Positions 20,401 through 29,243 of a stretch of DNA of 64,000 bases are shown piece after piece. Below the pieces are notes generated by a model that saw nothing but the letters and a program-made list of their open reading frames with translations, was not told the DNA's origin and did no database searches. Position numbers and translations under genes: made by a program. Numbering within the stretch: the first letter of the stretch is position 1; each line of letters starts with the position of its first letter. The stretch covers positions 56,527-120,526 of the IMG/VR virus record IMGVR_UViG_3300012979_000002. One strand, written 5' to 3'. The DNA is from a virus (Duplodnaviria > Caudoviricetes).

Positions 20401-22174
20401 ATTAAGCAATGCAGACATATATGCTCGTACTGCTGTGTTAAAGGCTGATGGGACTATTGATAGCGCATCATTATCTCAATCATTAAACGACCCTAATGCT
20501 AACATTAGTATTGTGGGAACTAATGGTAACATGTTATTAACTGGTAGCGCTTTACAATTTACCGACCCAGCCGACAGTACTAGAGCAATGAAATATACTG
20601 GTACTGGTATATTTAGTACTACCACACTAGAAGAAAATAACGAAGGTACTTTATGGACCAAAATGATTACCCCAGATGGTATTAATGCTAATTATATTAA
20701 TGCAGGGGCAATTGATACTCAACAAATTACTATTATGTCAGGTTTAACTGCTAAGGTTATTATGGATGAATATGGTTTGGCTATTAAAGATAGAAGTAGC
20801 GTAAGCCATCACCTTAAATCTTTTGATAAAGCCCAGGCTTTAACTGATGCTGATTATGCTAGCAATTGGGGCAAAGAAAATAACTTGGCTGGATTTATAG
20901 GAGTAGATAAACAAAAGAATCCTCTAATATATACTAAAGGATTTTTAGTAGCGGAAGAGGGTAGTAATATAGCTAACTGGATTACAAGTAAAGATGGCTT
21001 CTACCATTTAGATGACAAAAGCAACAAAGACCTATGGTTAAGCCCAACTGGTTTAACAGGAACAGTTAATGGCAAAGAAAAACAATTTGCTTTATATGCT
21101 AACGGTAATTTTGGTGTAGAAACAAATGGTATATTACACGCCACAGGAGCTAACATTAGTGGTAAAATTACAATTACTGACGCGGCTTCAGATATAAACC
21201 AAGGAACTATCGCAGGCTTTACTGCTGGTACTAATGGATTAGCAAAAGGACGTATAGTATTAAGTCCAACCGGAGGAGCTATTAAAGCATCTGTAAATAC
21301 TAAATACACCTGTACAAAAAACAATACCCACGTATTCACTAACTATTTTGATTTAAAAATAGTAGATGGTGCTCTTAAGTGTCCTACATGTGGAGAAGCT
21401 GTTACAGCTTCAGACGGCAGTGGAGAACGTTCTGACTGGGCTATATTCGCCAATGGTAATTTTGGTGTTACTACTAGCGGGCATTTATATGCAGCAAACG
21501 CTGACATTAGTGGGACTGTCAAAGCAACATCTGGTGAGTTTAAAAATGCCACTATAGATAATTGTACTATGACAAATTGTAAGATTGGTGCTGGTCAAAT
21601 CACTTCTGGTACATTAGACCCAGTTCGCATTCCTAACCTTAGCGCTGATAAGATTGATGGGGGTACCATTACTGGTTCTCATATTCACTTAAATAGTGGA
21701 ACTTTAAAATTATGTAAATCTGGTCATGCAGAAATCACGAACGGCACAGGCTTCTTTTCTATGGGACCTAAAAGTTCTTGTTCTAAAGCGGTAGCCGTAA
21801 CTCATCCTTATGTCAGCGGACTAAACGTGGCTACGCAGGGTTCTAATAGCGGAGGTATATCATTTAGAACAGGTACATCTATTGAGGGTGTAGGTGATGA
21901 GGGAGCTCATATTAGCATGAATTCCTCTAGCAAACTGGAAGTACATAGTAACGGTACAGTAAATATTAAAGGTACCGATATAGCAATCCAAGCTGTATCT
22001 ACAGGAGGCGGGGACAAAGGTTACTTACGTCTAGGTATAGCTGAATTAAGATTAGGGGCAGAAGGAGCTCCGACATATAATACTGGACAAAGCACAAGTG
22101 TAAAAGTTATGGTTGGAGAAGATTCATACAAAACTTTATATTTTGAACACGGTATTTTGTTTAAAGTATCATAA
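17483..22174 (+). CDS. Large tail/central-spike (Tal-like) protein
   Basis: 1563 aa; ITKLYV.GG tail motif, coiled coil, ITPDGINA.YI.AG.I and beta-repeat C-terminus. Confidence 0.8.
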   Translation: MEVYVKESLHVLDYQDQIVDSIFISDDHTTPGYAYEINVVEANTGYSDLSFSMPNTIINDKGESEKNPRLGLLTPLVKLRYHRQVFYKGEETIVVREPEGYGDTVTYVDKEYSNAYPNNIIENYIMDYIVQPVDKRREGVGISTKFTAIDYPRFNLSKKKVGLTIATDTVTKEEWSLFTDRPLDVAGTIKYVEWDSNLAQKAGTSNISNEWSPVNAEDYPLTKDNITKLMDSTSEWPYGLLATAFYWRIKGTSRYEGQLYKDGSFLVLHLYDFYSLSDDKVDPDRHIRYKNASDQEILHYGYDWTQLHPSDNYLCPNKADNYLSHILEGTNWDVGYVEIVTKDIPKPNAEDPKVEQKTESAPMTCNISVSNGNCYNAITAVCQGLQLYPIFDCIKRTVSLRAFSGKNHGLVYRLGSNLTSNNVKTDGDKVITKLYVNGGKDYNGDANINIGDATRSFEDKGNPDEAKPWNPNDPRYIIKRSPYGTNYIYNFKWMFDNGWMTQDQITGLYEISQKINDENKKFIGPYTEDRLRTLQEYNDAVNNYDLSQGEYQSILNSMMNKYYKKYGQYSEGMLYAFHKAPLGLHEKNGKNYLWIRHCYKCGKTESVEGAKQPDLVCSACKASNKDLPESQMPLVQVDELYIPVYNDYRESITPPPAPEYPYGTPDGKYQDVAYEPYIKGDYLKLVGTLDRYTDDYPEDPEKDSFDIGYYESKVYITRPIDMTGEDSIDGYDYIMNNVYLRASSGHIEEWNNDIDATKATSFIYHYGKMLTNLRIVNECQEKLDKLQERYDTWKAEDDRLHALIQDAYGDYIVEGTYTNSEQPYVGLLFREGMEASDKFAVPEITYTLDVVDSSGLVEYRQPNVTKYACNLCHHTVIYPITVCPRCGHTGIEQYEDTYNDLVHTLHSVGQIIPKAGDYVTVYDEPIGMFGVPALITEISRTLDNPINNKIKLDTSYTDDEELVGNIITATNTVLSNADIYARTAVLKADGTIDSASLSQSLNDPNANISIVGTNGNMLLTGSALQFTDPADSTRAMKYTGTGIFSTTTLEENNEGTLWTKMITPDGINANYINAGAIDTQQITIMSGLTAKVIMDEYGLAIKDRSSVSHHLKSFDKAQALTDADYASNWGKENNLAGFIGVDKQKNPLIYTKGFLVAEEGSNIANWITSKDGFYHLDDKSNKDLWLSPTGLTGTVNGKEKQFALYANGNFGVETNGILHATGANISGKITITDAASDINQGTIAGFTAGTNGLAKGRIVLSPTGGAIKASVNTKYTCTKNNTHVFTNYFDLKIVDGALKCPTCGEAVTASDGSGERSDWAIFANGNFGVTTSGHLYAANADISGTVKATSGEFKNATIDNCTMTNCKIGAGQITSGTLDPVRIPNLSADKIDGGTITGSHIHLNSGTLKLCKSGHAEITNGTGFFSMGPKSSCSKAVAVTHPYVSGLNVATQGSNSGGISFRTGTSIEGVGDEGAHISMNSSSKLEVHSNGTVNIKGTDIAIQAVSTGGGDKGYLRLGIAELRLGAEGAPTYNTGQSTSVKVMVGEDSYKTLYFEHGILFKVS

Positions 22175-22212
22175 AAAAAAGAGAAGGAATAAATCCTTCT
22201 CTTATTTTTTTT
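22173..22212. terminator. Bidirectional terminator at the convergence of the late and replication arms
   Basis: A-tract AAGAGAAGGA-ataaa-TCCTTCTCTT T-tract. Confidence 0.8.
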
Positions 22213-22221
22213 ATTTTTTGC

Positions 22222-22295
22222 TGGCGTGAAACGATTTTTTACTTTTTTAATATAATTATATTAAAAAATATTTTTTAACGAAATACGCTAGTTAA
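22222..22295. repeat. Dispersed palindromic element, copy 1
   Basis: 26-bp perfect palindrome at 22243-22268 with AAATACGCTAGTTAA arm. Confidence 0.7.
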
Positions 22296-22526
22296 AAATG
22301 CTTTTAATTTTGGTTTTTTATTTTTATAAATTTTATTTTTTTTAATTTCTATTGAATGGTTGCACTGAGGACAGTCCACGTATCTTAGATAAAAGAAATC
22401 TAGACATGTTGGGCGGTATACATCCTCACCTTCATATAGAAAGATACATCCACACTTACGGCACTTTTTAATATACCTGTGTGGAGCAGGAGGAAGTTTT
22501 TTTCCTTCCCTAATTATCTCCCGCAT
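22275..22526 (-). CDS. Small zinc-ribbon protein
   Basis: CRKCGC...CPQC. Confidence 0.7.
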   Translation of the reverse strand: MREIIREGKKLPPAPHRYIKKCRKCGCIFLYEGEDVYRPTCLDFFYLRYVDCPQCNHSIEIKKNKIYKNKKPKLKAFLTSVFR

Positions 22527-23272
22527 CTTTTATCTCTCCATTGGTTGTAAACATCATAACGCTTAGCTAATGTTTTTTGCACTTCCAATGGTTGGTCTTT
22601 CATTAAGTTATCATAGAAACCACAATTAGTATATTCAGGACATCCTCCACATCTTACGCATTGAGGAACGCAAGCCCAGTAGATGTCTTCGTCATATTCT
22701 CTAATAGCCTCTAGCACAGCTGCCCAGTATTTACGAGTTGTAGGGTCTGCTGCTGTACACAATCTTTTTTCACTAATATTAATTAATGCTTGAATGTTAG
22801 CGTCCATTTCCATAGGTACCGGTGCCATTTGAGAACGCTCTTCTCTTTTTACACCTGTTCTATCTTCCCTAGATGTACCGATGAATTTTTCACAACCTTC
22901 ATGGTGTCTTACAAAGTGTGTAGAAATAGCGTAAGGAATTTCTTCCCACTTCCAACTTACTTCTCCTCTACGAATAGGACTGTGTTGGCATAATAATAAT
23001 TTTCTTTTCCATTCGTGAGATGGTTCTTTATCTCCAGCTTCTTTTGAAATTGTTGTCATACAGGCTGACTTGATTTTTTTCCAGTTAATGTCAAAGTCAG
23101 TAATTCTTACTTTTATATTTTCCATTTTATTTGTCTCCTTTGTTGCTATATGTTTTGCTGAAAACCCAGTGTAGGTTTTCTCGTATGGTGCTAGCACAGT
23201 AGCGATATCAGTAAAGTCCTTCATAGTGGTGGTTACTGGCCCTTGCGGGGTGTATATCACTACCTCGTACAT
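22514..23272 (-). CDS. thyX: Flavin-dependent thymidylate synthase (possible internal start at 23125)
   Basis: HSPIR, STHFVRH, RLC motifs; nucleotide-metabolism cluster. Confidence 0.8.
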   Translation of the reverse strand: MYEVVIYTPQGPVTTTMKDFTDIATVLAPYEKTYTGFSAKHIATKETNKMENIKVRITDFDINWKKIKSACMTTISKEAGDKEPSHEWKRKLLLCQHSPIRRGEVSWKWEEIPYAISTHFVRHHEGCEKFIGTSREDRTGVKREERSQMAPVPMEMDANIQALINISEKRLCTAADPTTRKYWAAVLEAIREYDEDIYWACVPQCVRCGGCPEYTNCGFYDNLMKDQPLEVQKTLAKRYDVYNQWRDKRCGR

Positions 23273-23556
23273 TATTCCGTTCCCTCTCTATCTTGACGCA
23301 ATTCTATAACTGCTAGAATGGCATAGTTAGCCATGTCTAATAAAGTATCCTCTATTTTTTCATCGTTGACTAAGGCCGCTTGTTTTGATAAAGTTCTAGC
23401 CCTGTTCAATTTATCTTCTAATCTTACCAAGAATGATACCAAACCATATTTTTCATAAGTGTCGTGCACAGAGTCTCCATAGTCGGTATTCTTGGTAACA
23501 TAAAGATTGTGTAGATAATCTATTAGTTCTTGGTGTAGCTGAAATTTATGTTCCAT
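23272..23556 (-). CDS. DUF1599/nucleotide-modification-associated domain protein
   Basis: KNTDYGDS, RLEDKLNR, DTLLDMANYAIL. Confidence 0.85.
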   Translation of the reverse strand: MEHKFQLHQELIDYLHNLYVTKNTDYGDSVHDTYEKYGLVSFLVRLEDKLNRARTLSKQAALVNDEKIEDTLLDMANYAILAVIELRQDREGTE

Positions 23557-23557
23557 C

Positions 23558-23995
23558 TTACACTCCTGTGCTGCCGAATCCACCTTCGCCTCTATCGGTA
23601 ACTTCTAATTCGTCTACTTCTACCATTTCGGCTGTGAAGTAAGGCATAAATACTAATTGAGCTATTCTATCTCCGTGGTTAATAACTCTAGCTTCTTGTG
23701 AGTCGTTATGAATGGCTACTATATACTCTCCAGTGTAGTCTTCGTCGCATACGCCAACGCAATTGGCTGGTCTTAAGCCTTGTTTTGTTGCCAATCCACT
23801 ACGAGCAAAGATAGCTCCAAACATTCCTTCTGGTGGGCATACTGCTATCCCAGTTCCTACTTTAACAGTCTCTCCTGGTTGAATAGTAATTGGTTCGCTT
23901 ATATAAGCATATAAGTCGTATCCTGCAGCTTTTTCGCTACCTAATTCTGGACAATGTGCGTCCTCGTGTAATTTCTTAACTCTAATCGTTTTCAT
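23558..23995 (-). CDS. dut: Trimeric dUTPase
   Basis: AGYDL, RSGLA, GVCDEDYTGE, RIAQ, RGEGGFGSTG. Confidence 0.95.
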   Translation of the reverse strand: MKTIRVKKLHEDAHCPELGSEKAAGYDLYAYISEPITIQPGETVKVGTGIAVCPPEGMFGAIFARSGLATKQGLRPANCVGVCDEDYTGEYIVAIHNDSQEARVINHGDRIAQLVFMPYFTAEMVEVDELEVTDRGEGGFGSTGV

Positions 23996-24107
23996 TGATT
24001 GTTTCCTCCTGTTTTTCTATACATGATGGGCATAATACTTTCCCTTCGTGTCCTTTACAATAATCAAATTTGCCACAACTGTCGCAAGCATCTTTATACT
24101 GTTTCAT
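23982..24107 (-). CDS. 41-aa zinc-finger protein (not in the ORF track)
   Basis: MKQYKDACDSCGKFDYCKGHEGKVLCPSCIEK...; TAATG coupling to the upstream gene. Confidence 0.7.
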   Translation of the reverse strand: MKQYKDACDSCGKFDYCKGHEGKVLCPSCIEKQEETINEND

Positions 24108-24349
24108 TAGTTCTCACCCATATAAAAGTCAATCCATCCGGCCTTAACTATTCTCACTTGGTTATTCATACAATGAACGCAATTTTCATCGTACGCCTTA
24201 CAATAATATTCTAATTTATTGTCAAGGCTCTTGTTTTTGTTTACAATGTATTCTACATCGTCTTGCCCTGGTATTGTTACAGCCACATAGGCATCCAGGT
24301 TGCTCTCTTTCGCTTTAGCGAATATTTCTCTCAGTTTCTCTCTTGTCAT
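24107..24349 (-). CDS. Hypothetical phage protein
   Basis: RBS; KL.YY..AYD motif. Confidence 0.75.
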   Translation of the reverse strand: MTREKLREIFAKAKESNLDAYVAVTIPGQDDVEYIVNKNKSLDNKLEYYCKAYDENCVHCMNNQVRIVKAGWIDFYMGEN

Positions 24350-24361
24350 AGCATTTCTCCT

Positions 24362-24529
24362 TTACTTATTTCTAAACAGCAATGCTGTATATAACAAACT
24401 AGCTCCAACCCATTGCAAACTAGTAGGCCAATCGCCTTTGCTAATTAAGTTAATAATTAGACTACCTAAAGCTCCAGCTACCATCATGCCTGGGAACACT
24501 AGTTTTAATACATTAATTATGTTGTCCAT
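24362..24529 (-). CDS. 55-aa membrane protein (not in the ORF track)
   Basis: GGAGG RBS; two hydrophobic segments. Confidence 0.65.
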   Translation of the reverse strand: MDNIINVLKLVFPGMMVAGALGSLIINLISKGDWPTSLQWVGASLLYTALLFRNK

Positions 24530-25014
24530 AATACAGTGCCTCCTGTTTTATTACTTTCTTGGACATCTATTATTCTTTGATTGGCTGACCCTCTAAAAGG
24601 CAAACTTATATCTCTTTGTTCTAAGATGAACGGTCCGTCTATCATAACATCAACATAATCTAACAACGGATGGCCAATGATGTTTTCATAAATGCACCCT
24701 GTGTAAAGCCATATTTTTACATCAGGTCTTATTTCTTTTACTTTTTCACACAAAGGTATTACAACTTGAGGGGAATAAATTGGGTCTCCTCCAGATAGCG
24801 TTAGTCTAGTGGCGTATGGGGTATTTTGAAAATAAGTAATAATTTCATTATACACTTCTTCAGTATACTCCTTACCCCCTGTCTTAGACCAAGTTTCTGG
24901 GTTTTGGCAACCCTTACAATGATGGGGGCAGTATTGAGTAAAGAATGTTAGCCCTACCCCCTTACCATTGTTAAAGTCGTCTTTAATTAGACCTGCGTAA
25001 CGCACTATTCCCAA
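24517..25014 (-). CDS. nrdG: Anaerobic ribonucleotide reductase activase
   Basis: CPHHCKGCQNPETW, SGGDP, DGPF, FRGSANQR. Confidence 0.95.
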   Translation of the reverse strand: MGIVRYAGLIKDDFNNGKGVGLTFFTQYCPHHCKGCQNPETWSKTGGKEYTEEVYNEIITYFQNTPYATRLTLSGGDPIYSPQVVIPLCEKVKEIRPDVKIWLYTGCIYENIIGHPLLDYVDVMIDGPFILEQRDISLPFRGSANQRIIDVQESNKTGGTVLWTT

Positions 25015-27197
25015 TCCTTTAATTGTTTACTATGCTTGTAACGCATTTCTGTTTCTTGTTGTTTTCCTTTGTTGAAAGCAGTTTTATAATTACCAGTTAA
25101 GTATCCAGTAACTCTTCTTAGTTGTTGTATATTTTCACTATCACATTCAGGACAGTGGTCGTTAAATTCGTCACAGTATCCACAATCTAAACAAGTATCG
25201 TTTGGCACATTGATAGCAAAATATGGTATGTCTTTATCCATAGCATAATTTACTAATGTTTCTAATGCCTCTAAGTTGTTTTTTGCTCCACTGTCTAATT
25301 CAACATAAGTAATACAACCAGCATTTGAGAAGCCAGATAGTTCAGCCTCAATGTCTATTTTTTCAAATGGCGACATTTTCTTCCATACTGGAACGTGGGT
25401 GCTGTTAGTAAAATATTCTTTGTCGCTAACATTTTGAATGTTGCCGTATTTTGCTCTGAACTTTTTCATAGCAGTGTGGCATAAATTTTCTGCTGGGGTG
25501 TAATATACACCAAAGTTTAGACTTAATTTTTGCTTAAACTCTTTGCAACGCACATTAAATAATTTCTCAATGCGTTTGGCTAATTCCATACCTTCTGGAG
25601 TAGTATGGTCTTTGCCTATTAATATTTGTAGGGTTTCTGCTAAACCTAGTTGACCTATTACTAGAGTTCCGTGTTTCATGGCACTCTCTACAGTTTTACC
25701 ATCGAAGCCAGCCATTAAACCGTTTTCATACATAAATTTGGCTGATGAAATTGGTTGTTGGCAAATCCAACGATAGCGCTCAACTAACATATCCCTTGCT
25801 TCGAGAATCTTCTGGTCTAATAAGTCCATAAACTTCTCTACATCTCTGTCAGCTTCCATAGCTAATGTAGGCATAATAATAGTAACTGGAGCTATGTTAC
25901 CTCTCCCATCTTTTAAGAAGCCTAGTCCATTAATGTCGAATCCATTATATGTTCTACATCCCATAGTGCTTACATAAGTCTTAGGGTCGTTTTTGTCATA
26001 CCCCTCATTAACGCTCCAATCTACATTGGCATAATTAGGGTATAGTCTTTGTGCTGTTGATTTCAATGCTAGTTGGTATAGGTCATAATTAGGTTCCCCT
26101 TCTTGACGGTTTACTCCTTTCATACATTGGAATATACCACAAGGGAAGATGGCAGTTTTATGCACTTTTCCTACGCCTTTAATACAACCTTCTAATAATG
26201 CTTTAGTTACCATTCTACCTTCTGGTAAAGTACAGGTTCCATAATTGATAGAGGTAAAAGGTAATTGGTTTCCGCTACGGCTTTGTAATGTATTAAGATT
26301 ATGATACATTCCTTCAACCGCTTGCATAAGTTCTTTTTCGGTCTTCGCTAGAGCGTAGCGATACGATTTTTCGTAAGCTCTGTATAACTCACTATCAATA
26401 GGTAAGGTGTCATCATAGCCTATTAGCTCTGCCTCGTCAATGTAAGTCATTCCATCTCTAAAATGTTTAAAGAAAGATTTTCTAACATAAGGCACCATAG
26501 TCCAGTCAATGTGGCTGGCACTCACTCCTCCGAATTGTTGTAGTGATTGTAATTGGAAAATCACTGCCACTAATTGGAATGCTGTGTTGATAGAGTTTGC
26601 AGGTCTTACGTCTGTTTGTCTGGTATTAAAACCATTTGCTAACAAGTCATCAAATGGAATTGTTAAACAATTGTGCATACCCACTGCATAACTATCTAGG
26701 TCGTGGATGTACACTTCGTTGTTTAAGTGATTGTTTCTTGCCATATCACTAATTAAATAGTTTAAGGCATAATCTTTCATCAATTCGCTACGTGCTTCTC
26801 CCATACGACCACCAAACGAATGTTCGTCTAGGTTGGCGTTTTGGTTTTGCACATTAGTAGCCATTAACTTTTCTTCTATGTTTTTCATTAAGTCTGTATT
26901 GCGAGAACGCATTTTGCTTCTTTCATTCCTATATACTATATAAGCTCTCGCTACATCCTTACGGTCGGTATCCATTAACAGGTTCTCCACTCTGTCTTGG
27001 ATTTCCTCTACCGTTAGAGGTTTCTTTGAAGTTAGGGCTTCTTTTTCTATTTCATTCCCTATTCTTCTAATTTTTTTGACTCCAGCCTTAGTTAGGGTGC
27101 CGTCCACCGCTACGAAGGCTTTCTTAGCCGCTTCAATAATTTTTTGCTTGTTAAATTTCTCTTCGCGACCATCTCGTTTAATAATATAAGATGCCAT
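25005..27197 (-). CDS. nrdD: Class III ribonucleotide reductase with ATP cone
   Basis: IKRDG ATP cone, IHDLD, MGCRT, TPAENL, RRVTGYL; start moved to the ATG after GAGGAGG. Confidence 0.97.
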   Translation of the reverse strand: MASYIIKRDGREEKFNKQKIIEAAKKAFVAVDGTLTKAGVKKIRRIGNEIEKEALTSKKPLTVEEIQDRVENLLMDTDRKDVARAYIVYRNERSKMRSRNTDLMKNIEEKLMATNVQNQNANLDEHSFGGRMGEARSELMKDYALNYLISDMARNNHLNNEVYIHDLDSYAVGMHNCLTIPFDDLLANGFNTRQTDVRPANSINTAFQLVAVIFQLQSLQQFGGVSASHIDWTMVPYVRKSFFKHFRDGMTYIDEAELIGYDDTLPIDSELYRAYEKSYRYALAKTEKELMQAVEGMYHNLNTLQSRSGNQLPFTSINYGTCTLPEGRMVTKALLEGCIKGVGKVHKTAIFPCGIFQCMKGVNRQEGEPNYDLYQLALKSTAQRLYPNYANVDWSVNEGYDKNDPKTYVSTMGCRTYNGFDINGLGFLKDGRGNIAPVTIIMPTLAMEADRDVEKFMDLLDQKILEARDMLVERYRWICQQPISSAKFMYENGLMAGFDGKTVESAMKHGTLVIGQLGLAETLQILIGKDHTTPEGMELAKRIEKLFNVRCKEFKQKLSLNFGVYYTPAENLCHTAMKKFRAKYGNIQNVSDKEYFTNSTHVPVWKKMSPFEKIDIEAELSGFSNAGCITYVELDSGAKNNLEALETLVNYAMDKDIPYFAINVPNDTCLDCGYCDEFNDHCPECDSENIQQLRRVTGYLTGNYKTAFNKGKQQETEMRYKHSKQLKDWE

Positions 27198-27198
27198 T

Positions 27199-27909
27199 TT
27201 ACTGTTCCTCCTCTTGGGCGTTCTTGTTGTAGGCACAAATACCATAAAATCCTAAGAATATGGACTCGCTTTCGTCCTCAGGGATATCATCCTTGAAAAT
27301 GTTTTTTGCTCGTGTTATAGCCGCCTGTTTCTGTTCTGCTCTTTTAGAGCCATAAATATGATTATATGCTCTCCATTCGTCTGCCATAGCGGTGATTAAA
27401 TCCACATCTAATTCTTGGATAATGGTATATCTCAATACGCCCTGTAACATTGCTAATTTTTTGAATAGCACGGGGTTCTGTTGATACTGTATATCTTCCA
27501 GTATTACACATTTAATATTATGTTCACTAATAATTCGTGCTACCTCTGCTTTTAATTCATGTACCCTAACAAAAAAATCTTTCTTCTTGTCTATGTTAAA
27601 ACTTTTATGTCCTAGCAACTGTCCTTCCCTGTTAAATAGGGACATGCCTGTGGTGTATGTTGCGGCATCTAAAGCCAAGAAAAAGGGGGTTGTATCCTTA
27701 ACATCTACGGCGTGTAGATGCTGGCATTCTAAACATTCAAAGTCAGTTTTAATTAAGTAATCTACACTACCGATAATCTGATGTCTGTGGTTAACGCAGG
27801 CACAAATCATTTGGCTATCTTTGTTTTGGTAGTCTTCTATGTTAAGGATTTCAACCCCTAAATGTTGAGCCATTAATAATAAGTTATTCTGTTTCTGATT
27901 TAGGCTCAT
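27199..27909 (-). CDS. Zinc ribbon fused to a RuvC-like Holliday junction resolvase
   Basis: C...H...CLEC; LALDAAT..TG, VILEDI, DESESI. Confidence 0.75.
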   Translation of the reverse strand: MSLNQKQNNLLLMAQHLGVEILNIEDYQNKDSQMICACVNHRHQIIGSVDYLIKTDFECLECQHLHAVDVKDTTPFFLALDAATYTTGMSLFNREGQLLGHKSFNIDKKKDFFVRVHELKAEVARIISEHNIKCVILEDIQYQQNPVLFKKLAMLQGVLRYTIIQELDVDLITAMADEWRAYNHIYGSKRAEQKQAAITRAKNIFKDDIPEDESESIFLGFYGICAYNKNAQEEEQ

Positions 27910-28108
27910 CTAATACTTCATCCATAGTTTGAGTATCGTTTTCTTCTTTTTCTTTCTTTTCTAAATAAGCAATGTATTTATCTAAATCGTCAGCATAGTC
28001 CGTTAATCTTTTGTTATGAACTGCGTTCGCTGCTAGAGTGTGTAACACTTCCTCCAAAAGCGTAACGGCTTCTGCTTTGGTCATAATATTTCCGTCTTTG
28101 TTCTTCAT
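27884..28108 (-). CDS. Hypothetical protein
   Basis: AGGAGG RBS; overlaps neighbours. Confidence 0.6.
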   Translation of the reverse strand: MKNKDGNIMTKAEAVTLLEEVLHTLAANAVHNKRLTDYADDLDKYIAYLEKKEKEENDTQTMDEVLDEPKSETE

Positions 28109-29243
28109 AATTTGAATCTCCTCCTATAAAGACCCACTCCTCACAATCGAGGTTGGTCCTTATCCAATCTTCTAGTCTTACCATTAACGGTGTCATCCCA
28201 TAGTTTTTAAAAATGTAATCATACCTATCCTCGCCTGTGTGAATAAGTTCTTTGGGCACCCCTAAGCGTAAATAGGAAATGTTAAATACATACTCGTAGT
28301 AAGACATATAATAAGGTTTTTCTATTAGGTAATTAAAAGCATACTGAGCAAGGTCAAACTCATTGGTAAGGAAATGAAAATCACGCATAGGCATTAGGCG
28401 TAATTTGTATTGGGTTTTAAAGTTATAGTAATTCATCAGCAACAGAGTACGAAAGTACTGGTTTGCCGACAGGGTTTGTGATAATTCAACGAAGACAACT
28501 ACACTTTTTTTACATTCTTTGCTTATAATCTTTTCTACAAGCCAACTAATAACCTCGTTAATCTCCGTTGCGTATAAAGTTTTTCTCATTGAAGCATATT
28601 TTGATGAGTTTAACACCTGCTCTAATATATTAGTATCATTCAGCTGACTAATGTCAAGTGTCTGTGCAAACATAAATTTATGCCCCTTGTCTAAAAGTTG
28701 GTTGTAGTAATCCCACTTGTCCTTGTTATTCAGGATATCCAATGGATTGTCATAAATACAATGATACTTGGAAGTGGGAAAATCTTTTTTTAATTCTTCG
28801 TCCTCTATAACTTCATATAACCTTAGCGGTTTATATTTACTTTTAATTACCATCTTATCTATTTTCCATGCTATCTTATGGCTAGGATGCTCCAAAGAGA
28901 ACATCAGCATATTATTATAGCACGTAAAATCCGGTTCTAAAAATTGTGTTTCCCTCATAAAAGGGCGGGCTGGCTTTTGCATAAAGCCTGGGCCAAACTC
29001 CTCCACTGGGAGTTTATAATAGTTTTGTATCACGCTCGATGGGTGTGGTAGTCTGGTAGATTGTTTAAATACATATATTTTATCATACTGGGCTAGGTTG
29101 TTGTATGACAGCGATGATACCAGTCTGACGCTCACGTTTTTGTCGTTACGATAGTAAGCATACATAACACCTAAATCATAGTTAGGCGTTTTATACCAAC
29201 GCTGTCTTAATACATCATAATCTACTAAGCCGATTGCTATCAT
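28014..29243 (-). CDS. Radical-SAM-family-like protein lacking CxxxCxxC
   Basis: N-terminus IGLVDYD..PN..L....AYY..YDKIY..K..GPGF..PDF..Y; TAATG coupling to dnaE. Confidence 0.5.
   Translation of the reverse strand: MIAIGLVDYDVLRQRWYKTPNYDLGVMYAYYRNDKNVSVRLVSSLSYNNLAQYDKIYVFKQSTRLPHPSSVIQNYYKLPVEEFGPGFMQKPARPFMRETQFLEPDFTCYNNMLMFSLEHPSHKIAWKIDKMVIKSKYKPLRLYEVIEDEELKKDFPTSKYHCIYDNPLDILNNKDKWDYYNQLLDKGHKFMFAQTLDISQLNDTNILEQVLNSSKYASMRKTLYATEINEVISWLVEKIISKECKKSVVVFVELSQTLSANQYFRTLLLMNYYNFKTQYKLRLMPMRDFHFLTNEFDLAQYAFNYLIEKPYYMSYYEYVFNISYLRLGVPKELIHTGEDRYDYIFKNYGMTPLMVRLEDWIRTNLDCEEWVFIGGDSNYEEQRRKYYDQSRSRYAFGGSVTHSSSERSS

Noticed and set aside
1432-21557. Short antisense or alternate-frame ORFs inside late genes
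   Set aside because: Fully nested in long, well-supported CDSs and lacking RBSs.
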